DNA of 64,000 bases from Euryarchaeota archaeon UBA605 (GCA_002504905.1 DATY01000013.1:76688-140687); one strand, 5' to 3'; counted from the stretch's first letter, positions 55,110 to 64,000 are shown. Program-made: numbers and translations. The notes: a model not told the origin generated them from the letters alone.

Positions 55110-55859
55110 ATGAAGCAAAATACAATTAGAAATTTCATTAATCGAAATGTAGAACGTCAATTAGTACGTGAGTATTTACTGAAAGAGACAGAGCGTGCAG
55201 GATTCGGCGGACTTGATTTCAATAGGACACCAGAAGGAACAAAAGTAACTCTTCATGCTGAACAAGTTGGCCGTGTAATAGGTCGCAGAGGCAAAGTCAT
55301 ACATGAGTTACAACGCAGACTGCAAGAAGACTTCAATTTAGAGAACCCTCATCTTGAAGTAACAGAGATTGAAGAACAACGTCTGAATGCCCAGGTGATG
55401 GCTAGCCGACTTGCTAGTTCGTTGGAAAGAGGTTGGTTTTTCCGTAGAGCTGGTCATAGTACTGCACAGAACATAATGGATGCTGGTGCTAGAGGATGTT
55501 TGGTAATTATTTCTGGAAAGATCACCGGTGCAAGACATAGGGTTGAGAAGTTCCAGAAGGGACATATCAAGTTCTGTGGAGAGACCGCATTAGAGTTCAT
55601 GGATACAGGTTTCTCGGTTTGTGTTAAGAAGCTCGGAACAATTGGTTGTACTGTTAGAATAATGCGTAAAGGGATACAACTCCCTCACGAAATTAATATC
55701 CATGAGCGTCACGAAGTGGGACTCGATCCAATTGCTGAGGTTTCAATGATTGAAGCACCTTCTGAAGAACCAAATGAGTCAGTTGCTGAAGAAGTTGTTG
55801 ATTCAGTTCTACAAAAGATGGCAGATATTGAGACTGCTGAAATCAAGGAGGAAGAGTGA
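55110..55859 (+). CDS. rps3: 30S ribosomal protein uS3
   Basis: KH domain (GRVIGRRG), FRRAG and SGKITG motifs. Confidence 0.95.
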   Translation: MKQNTIRNFINRNVERQLVREYLLKETERAGFGGLDFNRTPEGTKVTLHAEQVGRVIGRRGKVIHELQRRLQEDFNLENPHLEVTEIEEQRLNAQVMASRLASSLERGWFFRRAGHSTAQNIMDAGARGCLVIISGKITGARHRVEKFQKGHIKFCGETALEFMDTGFSVCVKKLGTIGCTVRIMRKGIQLPHEINIHERHEVGLDPIAEVSMIEAPSEEPNESVAEEVVDSVLQKMADIETAEIKEEE

Positions 55860-56063
55860 ATGACACACCTATCTTCTAGAGAAATAGATGGCATGAATGT
55901 CGAACAGAGGCAGCGTCGCTTAGAAGAACTTCGTGATGAAATGCTTCAACTGCGCGCACAACAAGCGCTCGGTGGTTCAATGTCAGATTCAGGATCATAC
56001 AAAGCGACAAGACGTAGTATTGCTCGTTTGTTAACAAAAATGAATGAGGATTCAAAGGAGTAG
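55860..56063 (+). CDS. rpl29: 50S ribosomal protein uL29
   Basis: 67 aa, RRSIARLLT motif; operon position. Confidence 0.9.
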   Translation: MTHLSSREIDGMNVEQRQRRLEELRDEMLQLRAQQALGGSMSDSGSYKATRRSIARLLTKMNEDSKE

Positions 56064-56069
56064 AAATAA

Positions 56070-56369
56070 ATGGCAGGTATATGCAATCTATGTGGATTAC
56101 CGGATGAGTTATGTATTTGTCAAGAAATAGCAAAGGAACAACAAAAAGCAATAATTTCAGTAGTTAGAAGGAGGTATGGGAAAATGGTTACAATCGTTGA
56201 AGGAATTGATGATGTAGCTATTGATATCAATAAACTCGCTAAGATTCTGAAAGGTGCTTGTGCTGCAGGCGGCACAGTAAAAGATCGTACCATTGAATTA
56301 CAAGGAGAGCATAAGAAAAGAGCTGCAAAAGTCCTTGAACAAAATGGATACCAAGTGGAGGTAAGATAA
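56070..56369 (+). CDS. sui1: Translation initiation factor aIF1/SUI1
   Basis: CNLCGLPDELC, RRYGKMVT, ACAAGGTVK and IELQG motifs. Confidence 0.93.
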   Translation: MAGICNLCGLPDELCICQEIAKEQQKAIISVVRRRYGKMVTIVEGIDDVAIDINKLAKILKGACAAGGTVKDRTIELQGEHKKRAAKVLEQNGYQVEVR

Positions 56370-56629
56370 TGTCTGATTCAATACACATGCCTTTCTTAGC
56401 AAGAAATATTCATGTCACGGAATCAACTGATCCTACTCTAGTAGGTATTTCTGGACAGGTTATAGAAGAAACCCGCCGAACTATAGTAATACAAACATCT
56501 AATGGGAATAAAACTCTAGCTAAAGATGTAATCAATTTCAAACTCGATTCAGAGAATAAGGTCATTCAAGGTTTTACGGTAACCCAAAGGCCAGAAGATC
56601 GAATAAACCGTAAATATAGGAGGAACTAA
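56369..56629 (+). CDS. rnp1: RNase P protein component 1 (Rpp29/Pop4)
   Basis: GISGQVIEET and RPEDRI motifs; canonical position between SUI1 and S17. Confidence 0.88.
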   Translation: MSDSIHMPFLARNIHVTESTDPTLVGISGQVIEETRRTIVIQTSNGNKTLAKDVINFKLDSENKVIQGFTVTQRPEDRINRKYRRN

Positions 56630-56630
56630 A

Positions 56631-56957
56631 ATGCGTGATATTGGAGTAGATGTAAAGACACCTGAAGGTGAATGGGATGGTGATGAAAATTGTCCATTCA
56701 ATGGTAGTCTAAGGGTTCGTGGTCAAATTATTGAAGGTACTGTGTACTCAAATAATATGTCCGGGTCAATAGTTGTTGAAAGAGAAATGACTCGTTACAT
56801 GAAGAAATATGAAAGATACGAAAAGCGTACTCGAAGATATCCTGCACATCTACCATCATGTATAGGTGAAGTTAATCCTGGAGACTTCGTAAGAATAATG
56901 GAATGTAGACCGTTATCAAAAACGGTTAAGTTTTGTGTGATTGAGAAAGGTGATTAG
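56631..56957 (+). CDS. rps17: 30S ribosomal protein uS17
   Basis: CPFNG...RG, KYERYEKR and ECRPLSKT motifs. Confidence 0.95.
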   Translation: MRDIGVDVKTPEGEWDGDENCPFNGSLRVRGQIIEGTVYSNNMSGSIVVEREMTRYMKKYERYEKRTRRYPAHLPSCIGEVNPGDFVRIMECRPLSKTVKFCVIEKGD

Positions 56958-56958
56958 A

Positions 56959-57357
56959 ATGAAGGGTATTTCAAGTAAAGTAACTAAGGCATTACCAACA
57001 CAAGCTAAATTAGATTGTGCAGATAATACCGGAGCAAAAGTTGTTCAACTAATTAACGTGTTAAAGAAAGGAGGAGTTGCTGGCCGATATCCTGCAGCAG
57101 GTGTTGGTGATATGATTCGTGTAACTGTCAGAAGAGGAACTCCCGAAACAAGAAGACAAATATTCACAGCAGTAATTATTCGTCAATCAAGGCCATTCCG
57201 AAGAGTTGATGGTACATGGGCTAGATTTGAAGATAATGCATGTGTATTAACAAATGAACGTGGAGATGTTCAGGGGTCTGATATCAAAGGTCCTGTTAGT
57301 AGAGAGGCTGCAGAGCGATGGCCGAGAATAGCCGCTACAGCAAAACAAATTGTATGA
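56959..57357 (+). CDS. rpl14: 50S ribosomal protein uL14
   Basis: CADNTGAK, GVGD, FEDNACV and KGPVSRE motifs. Confidence 0.96.
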   Translation: MKGISSKVTKALPTQAKLDCADNTGAKVVQLINVLKKGGVAGRYPAAGVGDMIRVTVRRGTPETRRQIFTAVIIRQSRPFRRVDGTWARFEDNACVLTNERGDVQGSDIKGPVSREAAERWPRIAATAKQIV

Positions 57358-57367
57358 GGTGTAATGA

Positions 57368-57799
57368 ATGACAACAAAGAATCCTGGAAAAAACCGTCTT
57401 TCACAAAGTAAAGCTCCAATCCATGTCAAGCGTAAGCGCATGAGAGCTAGATTGATTACAGATGATCCTAATCTTCAGAATATCCGAACTGTTACAGTTC
57501 GTGTAGGTGATGAGGTAGAGGTCTTAAGAGGAGATTTTGGAAATCCAAATAGTGTTAAATCAGATTCTAAAGGTAAAAGATTGGGTCAATCCAGAGGACG
57601 TGCTGGGCTCAAATCTAAAGTGAATCGAGTTGATACTTCAAGCGGGCGTATATTTGTAGATGGTCTTACAATAACAACTGCAGATGGTAAAGAAGAAGCA
57701 ATCCCAATTCATCCATCAAATCTGGTTGTCACAGCTTTGTATGAAGGAGATCCTGTAAGAATTAAACAATTGATTGAAAGAGGAGGTGTATTAGAATGA
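57368..57799 (+). CDS. rpl24: 50S ribosomal protein uL24
   Basis: VRVGDEVEVLRGD (KOW) and IHPSNL motifs. Confidence 0.93.
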   Translation: MTTKNPGKNRLSQSKAPIHVKRKRMRARLITDDPNLQNIRTVTVRVGDEVEVLRGDFGNPNSVKSDSKGKRLGQSRGRAGLKSKVNRVDTSSGRIFVDGLTITTADGKEEAIPIHPSNLVVTALYEGDPVRIKQLIERGGVLE

Positions 57800-58494
57800 G
57801 TAGCAGCCATATTAAGCGTTTAATGATGCCAAGAAGTTGGCCATTACCTAGAAAAACTTCAGTTTGGGTACAAAAACCAGATCCTTGCGGACATAGTATA
57901 GAGAAATGTATGCCTATGGGCATCATCCTACGTGACATTATTGGAGTAGCCCATAATCGTAGAGAAGCAAAGAAAATTCTTCATTCTAGAAAAATTATGG
58001 TGGATGGTAGAATTGAAACTGCTATCGGTCGAGGAGTAGGATTAATGGACGTTTTAACTGTCGGAGATGACAATTATCGTTGTATTTTAGATTTGAATGG
58101 TAAACTAAGATATAGGCCAATAAGTGCTAAAGAAGCCTCCTCTAAAATCTGCCGAATTATGGGTAAAACAACAATTTCTGGTGGTAAAACACAATTACAT
58201 CTCCATGATGGTAGGAACATTATTTTCGATTCTAATCCAGATTATAAATCTGGAGATAGTGTTGTAATTTCACTTCCTGAACAAGAAATATTATCTCATC
58301 ACAAATTCGAAGAGGGTGCACTTTCATACTTGACTGGAGGTTCTCATATAGGAGAGACTGCAACAGTAAAATCCCACGAAATTAAACGTTCATCAAAAGA
58401 TAATGAAGTTACCTTTGATGATTTTGGTACAATAGCCGATTATGTGTTTATAATTGGTAACATGAAAGATATTCCTTTGGAGGTGAATGAATGA
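57796..58494 (+). CDS. rps4e: 30S ribosomal protein eS4
   Basis: HIKRL..PRSW, S4 domain, QLHLHDGRN motif. Confidence 0.95.
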   Translation: MSSSHIKRLMMPRSWPLPRKTSVWVQKPDPCGHSIEKCMPMGIILRDIIGVAHNRREAKKILHSRKIMVDGRIETAIGRGVGLMDVLTVGDDNYRCILDLNGKLRYRPISAKEASSKICRIMGKTTISGGKTQLHLHDGRNIIFDSNPDYKSGDSVVISLPEQEILSHHKFEEGALSYLTGGSHIGETATVKSHEIKRSSKDNEVTFDDFGTIADYVFIIGNMKDIPLEVNE

Positions 58495-59015
58495 GTGAAT
58501 CAGGTACAATGCTCGATCCAAGAATCACTAAAGTTACCGTTAACATTGGTGTTGGAGAAGGTGGACAGAGACTACAGTTAGCAGAACAAGTTCTAGAACT
58601 GATCACTGGACAAAAACCTGTAAGGACTCTTTCTACAAGTACGAATAGAGATCTAGGGACTCGTGTTGGTGGGCCAATAGGCTGTAAGGTGACAATGCGA
58701 GATTCAGAAAAGGTGTCATCATTCCTTAAAGATGCATTTTGGGTACGTCAAAATACTCTTCCTGGATATAATTTTGATCAATCAGGGAATCTTTCATTTG
58801 GAATTTCAGATTATACTGATTTCCCCGATCAAAAATATGATCCAGATATTGGTATATTTGGTATGGATGTCAATATTGTATTAGAGCGCCCTGGACACCG
58901 TGTTTCACGTCGTCGTCGTCGTAATACAAAGGTTGCCAGAAATCATCGAGTAATTCGTGATGAATGCAAGCAGTGGTTTGTAGATAACTTTGGAATTACA
59001 ATAGTGGAGGAGTGA
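58491..59015 (+). CDS. rpl5: 50S ribosomal protein uL5
   Basis: KVTVNIGVGE, GNLSFGI and YDPDIGIFGMD motifs. Confidence 0.96.
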   Translation: MSESGTMLDPRITKVTVNIGVGEGGQRLQLAEQVLELITGQKPVRTLSTSTNRDLGTRVGGPIGCKVTMRDSEKVSSFLKDAFWVRQNTLPGYNFDQSGNLSFGISDYTDFPDQKYDPDIGIFGMDVNIVLERPGHRVSRRRRRNTKVARNHRVIRDECKQWFVDNFGITIVEE

Positions 59016-59018
59016 AGC

Positions 59019-59171
59019 ATGGCAAGAGATCATGGAGAAGAGATTGGAAGAACAGTTGGCTGTAGGAGATGTGGCCGTCGTAGAGGTATGATTCGTCGAC
59101 ATGGACTTAGGTTATGTCGCCAGTGCTTCAGAGATGTAGCTCCAAGTATAGGATTTAAGAAAAACAGTTGA
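59019..59171 (+). CDS. rps14: 30S ribosomal protein uS14 (zinc-binding type), 50 aa, below the ORF-track cutoff
   Basis: Translates to [50 protein letters not shown]. Confidence 0.95.
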   Translation: MARDHGEEIGRTVGCRRCGRRRGMIRRHGLRLCRQCFRDVAPSIGFKKNS

Positions 59172-59183
59172 GGTGATAAGAAG

Positions 59184-59573
59184 ATGCAATTTGACCCATT
59201 AAATGACGCTTTTACCCGTATTTTCAATGCGGAGAATGCAGGTCACTATGAAGTGACAGTAAGGCCAGCAAGTAAATTATTAGGAAGTATGCTATCAATA
59301 ATGCAGAAATCAGGATATGTAGGTGAATATGAAGCATTAAGTGATGGCCGTGGAGGAGGTTACAGAATTGAATTAGTCGGTGCTATTAATCGCTGTGGAA
59401 TTATCAAACCTAGATATTCTGTACAAAGATCAGAATATGAAAAGTGGGAATCTAGATATTTGCCTGCGCAAGATTTTGGACTTCTGATAATGTCAACTAA
59501 TCAAGGTGTTATGAACCATTATGAAGCAAAGAAGGAGAGGATTGGTGGGCGTTTACTCGCATACATATTCTAG
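59184..59573 (+). CDS. rps8: 30S ribosomal protein uS8
   Basis: DPLNDA, INRCGIIKPR and STNQGVM motifs. Confidence 0.95.
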   Translation: MQFDPLNDAFTRIFNAENAGHYEVTVRPASKLLGSMLSIMQKSGYVGEYEALSDGRGGGYRIELVGAINRCGIIKPRYSVQRSEYEKWESRYLPAQDFGLLIMSTNQGVMNHYEAKKERIGGRLLAYIF

Positions 59574-59585
59574 GGGGGAAAAATT

Positions 59586-60137
59586 ATGGTGAAATTAGAT
59601 AAAGTAGCACATCACATTGCATTACCCGATGGTGTAAGTGCGTCTTTGGATGGTGATAATGTGACAATCGCCAAGGAAGGCACTTCAGTATCTCGTGAGT
59701 TCCGTCATCCTAGATTAGATGTGAAGCAAGTTGATGGAGGTTTAGAAGTATTTTGTGATCTTCCCAGACGTTCAGAGAGAGCTTTGGCGGGTACTTGGAA
59801 CGCTCATTTGAATAATATGGTAAGAGGAGTTGATACCGGTTTCGAATATCGATTACAGGCAGTCTATTCTCACTTCCCAATGACTATCAAGGTTCAAGGA
59901 AACAAATTAACAGTAACTAATCTCTTTGGAGAAAAGGTTCCACGTGTAGCAAAACTCCCTTGGACTCCTGGGGAAGTTGAAGTCCGAGTTGAAAATAAGA
60001 CTGATATCTTGGTAAAAGGCTCTGATAGAGAAAAAGTAGGTCAAACTGCAGCAAATATAGAGAGGTGCTGTGTAGTTAAGAAGAGAGATAGGCGTGTATT
60101 CCAAGATGGTATATACATAGTTTCTAAGGGAGCATAA
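59586..60137 (+). CDS. rpl6: 50S ribosomal protein uL6
   Basis: YSHFPM, NLFGEK, GQTAANIE and DRRVFQDGIY motifs. Confidence 0.96.
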   Translation: MVKLDKVAHHIALPDGVSASLDGDNVTIAKEGTSVSREFRHPRLDVKQVDGGLEVFCDLPRRSERALAGTWNAHLNNMVRGVDTGFEYRLQAVYSHFPMTIKVQGNKLTVTNLFGEKVPRVAKLPWTPGEVEVRVENKTDILVKGSDREKVGQTAANIERCCVVKKRDRRVFQDGIYIVSKGA

Positions 60138-60149
60138 GGAGGTAATAGT

Positions 60150-60800
60150 ATGGAATATGAAAGTATGACTGTTGCGCAATTAAAGGAATTATTAAGGGAA
60201 GCAAACTTACCCGTTTCAGGAAATAAAAGTGCACTTATAGAAAGACTAAGCCAAAATAGTGCTCCTGTAGAATCTCCTGAAGAGGATTTTATTGAAGATG
60301 AAGATTTCGAAGAAACATTCGATGATGAAGATGACTTCTTTGATGAAGATGATTGGGATGATGTCCACACAGCTAGACAGAAACCAGTATTAGATGAAGA
60401 AACAAAAGCGAATTTAGCAATTAGGACTTCTCAAATGAAAAAACAGCCTAAGTTCCGTCGTCAAGAGTGGTATAGATACCAACGTCTTTCAAAATCTGGC
60501 TGGAGGAAACCAAAAGGAATGCAGTCTAAACAAAGATTGAACATGAAATATCGTACTCCAATGGCAAGAGTTGGATATGGGAAAATTTCAGCAGTCAGAG
60601 GTCTTCATTCATCAGGTTTTGAGGATGTTCTCGTAAATCAACCAAGTGACTTAGACGGACTTGATCCTGAACGCCAAGCAGTTCGTGTAGGTGCAAGTGT
60701 AGGGAACAGGAAGAGAGCTAAAATTCATGATCGAGCAGATGATTTAGGTCTTCGTGTACTTAATCGCCGAAAAATTACTAGGAAAGGTGATATCCAATGA
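60150..60800 (+). CDS. rpl32e: 50S ribosomal protein eL32 with N-terminal SAP domain and acidic linker
   Basis: Core PKFRRQEW...WRKPKG.QSKQR...GYG...RGLHSSG. N-terminus MTVAQLKELL...LPVSGNKSALIERL. Confidence 0.93.
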   Translation: MEYESMTVAQLKELLREANLPVSGNKSALIERLSQNSAPVESPEEDFIEDEDFEETFDDEDDFFDEDDWDDVHTARQKPVLDEETKANLAIRTSQMKKQPKFRRQEWYRYQRLSKSGWRKPKGMQSKQRLNMKYRTPMARVGYGKISAVRGLHSSGFEDVLVNQPSDLDGLDPERQAVRVGASVGNRKRAKIHDRADDLGLRVLNRRKITRKGDIQ

Positions 60801-61273
60801 TAATTTCTAATCAGAAAAGAATGGCTGCTCAGATACTTTCAAAGAAAGAAGGAAGAGAGGTAGGAGTTCATCGTGTTTGGATTAATCCCGATTATCTTGA
60901 TGAAGTCAGTACTGCTGTTCAAAAGGCAGATATTCGTCAATTAATAGATGAAGGCTTAATCAAAGCTAGACCAATAAAGGGAACCAGCCGTGGTAGAGCT
61001 AGGAATGTGGCTGCACAAAAAGCAAAGGGTCGTAGAAAAGGACCTGGGTCGAGGAAAGGAACAAGAAACTCTAGAGATCCAAAGAAAAACCGCTGGATGC
61101 GCTTAATTCGTGCTCAAAGAAGAGTTTTGAAAGATATGAGGGGTGATGAAATCTTAACTCCTAGTGAATACAGATATTACTACAGAAAGGCAAAGGGAGG
61201 TTCATACCGTTCCGTTGCTCATATGCGTACCAACATGGGTTTGGATGGTATAAAAATTGGAGGCGATGAATAA
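60797..61273 (+). CDS. rpl19e: 50S ribosomal protein eL19
   Basis: QKRMAA, RVWINP and KGRRKGPGSRKG motifs. Confidence 0.95.
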   Translation: MIISNQKRMAAQILSKKEGREVGVHRVWINPDYLDEVSTAVQKADIRQLIDEGLIKARPIKGTSRGRARNVAAQKAKGRRKGPGSRKGTRNSRDPKKNRWMRLIRAQRRVLKDMRGDEILTPSEYRYYYRKAKGGSYRSVAHMRTNMGLDGIKIGGDE

Positions 61274-61785
61274 TGGCACATGGTAAGAATCAGAGATTAA
61301 GATTCAAGAGACGTCGTGAAGGAGAAACTGATTACAGAAGAAGAATGAAACTCCTTAGAGGAGAGACCCCAAGAGCTGTAGTTAGAGTATCAAATACTCA
61401 AACTACTTGCCAATTAGTTGAATTTAATCCTGAAGGAGATATTATTTTAGCATCTGTAACTGGTAAAACTCTGGTTGACAAATATTCTTGGCCAAATGAT
61501 ATATCCAGAAAATCAGTTCCAGCAAGTTATCTGACAGGCTATGCTCTTGCAAAGAATGCTATTTCTTCAGGACATGATAGTGCAATTCTTGATATCGGGT
61601 TATCCGCATCAACAAGAGGTAGTAGAGTATTTGCGGCATTGAGAGGAATGGTAGATGCTGGGTTAGAAATCCCTCATGGAGAAGAGGTATTACCAGATGA
61701 TGGTCGGATACATGGAACGCATATTGATGATTCAATGGCTGACAATGTTAAGAAATCAATTAAGGCAATTGAGGGGGAAAAATAA
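61273..61785 (+). CDS. rpl18: 50S ribosomal protein uL18
   Basis: RRREGETDYRRR, YLTG and LDIG motifs. Confidence 0.95.
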   Translation: MAHGKNQRLRFKRRREGETDYRRRMKLLRGETPRAVVRVSNTQTTCQLVEFNPEGDIILASVTGKTLVDKYSWPNDISRKSVPASYLTGYALAKNAISSGHDSAILDIGLSASTRGSRVFAALRGMVDAGLEIPHGEEVLPDDGRIHGTHIDDSMADNVKKSIKAIEGEK

Positions 61786-62549
61786 TGAGTGATGAAGAAA
61801 ATAATGAGGTAATTCAACTAGCTCCCGGTTTAGCTGCAGCACTGGCTCCTCCTTCTGAATCCAATGATACTAGAGGGCGAAGAGGACCTGATCCACTTGC
61901 TGGATTAAGAAGTTGGGTACCTCGTACGAGACTCGGTCACATGGTTATGAGTGGAGAAATTACTACTTACGAACAAGCCGTAGATTCAGGTTTCCCAATT
62001 AGAGAAGTTGAGATAGTAGATGCTTTACTTCCTGATTTGACTGATGATGTTCTTGGAGTAAATATGATTCAAAGAATGACTGATTCAGGTCGTCGTGTAA
62101 GATTCAACGTATTGTGTGTTGTTGGAAATGGTGATGGATATGTTGGTTTGGCAGTTTGTAAAGGAAAGGAAGTTTCTAGTGCAATTCGTAAAGCTATCGA
62201 CAAGGCTAAATTAAATCTAATTCCAGTGATGAGAGGAAATGGTTCATGGGAATCATCCGAAGGACCTGGTAATTCTGTTCCATTCAAAGTTACAGGACGC
62301 TCAGGCTCAACAAGAATTACTCTAATGCCGGCTCCAGCAGGTAAAGGGCTAGTAATTGGCGACTATGGCCGAAGAGTGCTTACATTAGCAGGTATTACTG
62401 ACGTTTGGGCCCGCTCAGCAGGACAAACTCGTACCACTATTAACTTTGCAAGAGCCACTTTTAATGCTCTTGTTGAATTAAATAGAACTAAAATTACAGA
62501 TGGTGACCGTGAGAGGTTAAATATCACTAAAGGGAGGAAAATGCAATGA
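61785..62549 (+). CDS. rps5: 30S ribosomal protein uS5
   Basis: WVPRTRLG, QRMTDSGRR and PAPAGKG motifs. Confidence 0.95.
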   Translation: MSDEENNEVIQLAPGLAAALAPPSESNDTRGRRGPDPLAGLRSWVPRTRLGHMVMSGEITTYEQAVDSGFPIREVEIVDALLPDLTDDVLGVNMIQRMTDSGRRVRFNVLCVVGNGDGYVGLAVCKGKEVSSAIRKAIDKAKLNLIPVMRGNGSWESSEGPGNSVPFKVTGRSGSTRITLMPAPAGKGLVIGDYGRRVLTLAGITDVWARSAGQTRTTINFARATFNALVELNRTKITDGDRERLNITKGRKMQ

Positions 62550-63016
62550 CTTATCTTGTTATTAGAGCTAGAAGTGACCGAGGAGTTACCAAGAAAATCA
62601 AAGATACTATGATGATGCTTAATCTAACGCGTGTCAATCATGCCACACTAGTGCCCGAGAATGTAACTTATCTCGGAATGTTGAAGAAATCAAAGGATTA
62701 TATTACTTGGGGAGAGGTTGATGCGGAAACTATTGAGACATTACTAAAAGAAAGAGGGAGAATGGTTGGAGACAAGCCTGTTGATGACGCTACAATCAAA
62801 GCATGTAGTAAATACAAAACAGTTGCAGCCTTCTCTAAAGCAATGGCTGCGGGTGAAGCTACCATGAAGGATGTTGAAGGGTTAAAACCTATTTTTAGAT
62901 TACACCCACCACGTGGTAGTAAAGGATGGGGTGGCATCAAAAGATCATACACTGTTGGTGGTGCTTTAGGATTCAGAGGTGAAGCTATTTCTGATCTTGC
63001 AGGGAGAATGCTCTGA
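62546..63016 (+). CDS. rpl30: 50S ribosomal protein uL30 (archaeal long form)
   Basis: LNLTRVNH, DYITWGE and FRLHPPRG motifs. Confidence 0.94.
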   Translation: MTYLVIRARSDRGVTKKIKDTMMMLNLTRVNHATLVPENVTYLGMLKKSKDYITWGEVDAETIETLLKERGRMVGDKPVDDATIKACSKYKTVAAFSKAMAAGEATMKDVEGLKPIFRLHPPRGSKGWGGIKRSYTVGGALGFRGEAISDLAGRML

Positions 63017-63027
63017 GGTGAATATAT

Positions 63028-63444
63028 ATGGTATCTAGAACAAATAAATTTCGTGGTCGCTCACGCTATCACGGTCGTGGAAAGAAAGCAGGTCGAGGCG
63101 CTGGTAAGCGTGGAGGCCGAGGTAATGCTGGAATAAACAAACATCGTGTTATGACTAGAATCAAGTATATGCCCGGTCATTGGGGTATGCACGGATTCAA
63201 TAGAGATCCTAGCTTGAGAGTAGTTAACGTTTCTATCAATCTTCAGCAAGTCGAAGAGATGGCTGATGGCAAAGATATCAATTTAACAGAGCTTGGTTAT
63301 GATAAGTTACTAGGTAAAGGTAAGATTAACAAGGCTCTCAACATTACAGTTAATGAAGCAAGTTCTCTTGCTGTTAAGAAAGTTGAAGCTGCTGGTGGCA
63401 TAGTTAATCTTGCTGACAGTGATGATGAATGGGAAGAAGAGTAA
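63028..63444 (+). CDS. rpl15: 50S ribosomal protein uL15
   Basis: RGAGKRGGRGNAG, KLLGKG and KVEAAGG motifs. Confidence 0.95.
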   Translation: MVSRTNKFRGRSRYHGRGKKAGRGAGKRGGRGNAGINKHRVMTRIKYMPGHWGMHGFNRDPSLRVVNVSINLQQVEEMADGKDINLTELGYDKLLGKGKINKALNITVNEASSLAVKKVEAAGGIVNLADSDDEWEEE

Positions 63445-63471
63445 ACTTAGAATCAGTAAGGAGTGAATCTA

Positions 63472-64000
63472 ATGGTAGATAGAAAACCTAACGTTATTGG
63501 AACTGCAATAATGGGTTCAATATACTGGGGGATGTTATTCTACTGGCTTCGTGATGATCTTCTAGATGGAGCACCCGATGAACAAATGAGAGCACTAAGA
63601 ATGTTCTTGGTTTCAATACCATATGTTGCTTACATAATGTGGTGTGCAATGACTGATTTACCTGAAAATATTAGAGATACTCCATATTTAGGGCGTATGT
63701 TTAAGCCAGGTATTTGGCTTATTTCTGTAATAGGTTTAGCATATTGGGGCTGGATCGATAAGGCAGCTGTTGGATTTTTACTAGTTGGAGTAGCACTGCT
63801 TGGTGTTGCTGTTGCTATGGCTCTGGTCTGCCTTTTGTATTCAGGTTCTGAAAGCAGTCGATTGTACGGTCTCAGTAGATTTGTGGATGTTTATCCAAGT
63901 ATAACCAAACCAGAAGGACACGTAAGATTTAATCAGAAATTATGGACTACCACACTTGTTCTAATAATTTACTTTATGATGACAAATGTCATGATCTATG
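63472..64000 (+). CDS. secY: Preprotein translocase SecY (3' truncated) with about 125-aa hydrophobic N-terminal extension
   Basis: Follows rpl15. The canonical SecY start YPSITKPEGHVRFNQKLWTT.LVLIIYF appears only after about 135 residues of continuous ORF from ATG 63472. Confidence 0.88.
   Translation, partial: MVDRKPNVIGTAIMGSIYWGMLFYWLRDDLLDGAPDEQMRALRMFLVSIPYVAYIMWCAMTDLPENIRDTPYLGRMFKPGIWLISVIGLAYWGWIDKAAVGFLLVGVALLGVAVAMALVCLLYSGSESSRLYGLSRFVDVYPSITKPEGHVRFNQKLWTTTLVLIIYFMMTNVMIY

Larger units (their letters stand above)
53323..63027 (+). promoter_or_regulatory. Recurrent Shine-Dalgarno sites (GAGGTG / GGAGG) before r-protein genes
   Basis: GAGGTG or GGAGG lies a few nt before the starts of rpl2, rpl22, rps3, rnp1, rps17, rpl24, rps4e, rpl5, rps8, rpl32e and rpl15. 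Confidence 0.8.

Noticed and set aside
55860-56063. Absence of uL16 from the operon
   Set aside because: Normal in archaea, where L10e/uL16 is encoded elsewhere.
1-64000. CRISPR arrays, transposases, integrases, prophage genes, rRNA
   Set aside because: No regularly spaced repeats, transposase/integrase motifs or rRNA signatures found on reading either strand.

Overview
A gene-dense, AT-rich archaeal chromosome segment. GC content looks like roughly one third (estimated by eye, not computed). Gene content and style best fit a Marine Group II archaeon (Ca. Poseidoniales, Thermoplasmatota), though this assignment is an inference. Supporting features are the archaeal r-protein superoperon, thermosome, ABCE1, CTP-dependent RibK, archaeal TPI, bacterial-type GrpE/SucCD/GSII, and membrane-anchored proteases and surface proteins. 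Positions 1-50.8 kb hold mixed housekeeping, metabolic and membrane genes, three tRNAs (Arg-TCT, Ala-GGC, Trp-CCA with a 113-nt C/D-box intron), a stand-alone box C/D sRNA and two small ORFs (eL41 and a Zn-ribbon protein). Positions 51.07-64 kb are the L3-to-SecY ribosomal protein operon. No mobile element, CRISPR array or rRNA was seen. The most striking item is a two-gene module at 45983-49020. It pairs a protein with two tandem flavodoxin domains fused to an SdhB/FrdB-like domain that has lost all Fe-S cysteine motifs with an HdrB/SdhE-like CCG protein that has lost most of its cysteines. This is a candidate iron-free, flavin-wired relative of succinate dehydrogenase/heterodisulfide reductase. 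Other notable items are a circularly permuted glycerophosphodiesterase, two tandem head-to-head isoprenoid synthases of different classes, SecY with about 4 extra N-terminal TM helices, a SAP-domain-fused eL32, a Cys-less redoxin/CcdA-like fusion, and a tRNA-Trp intron whose D' guide no longer targets its own tRNA.
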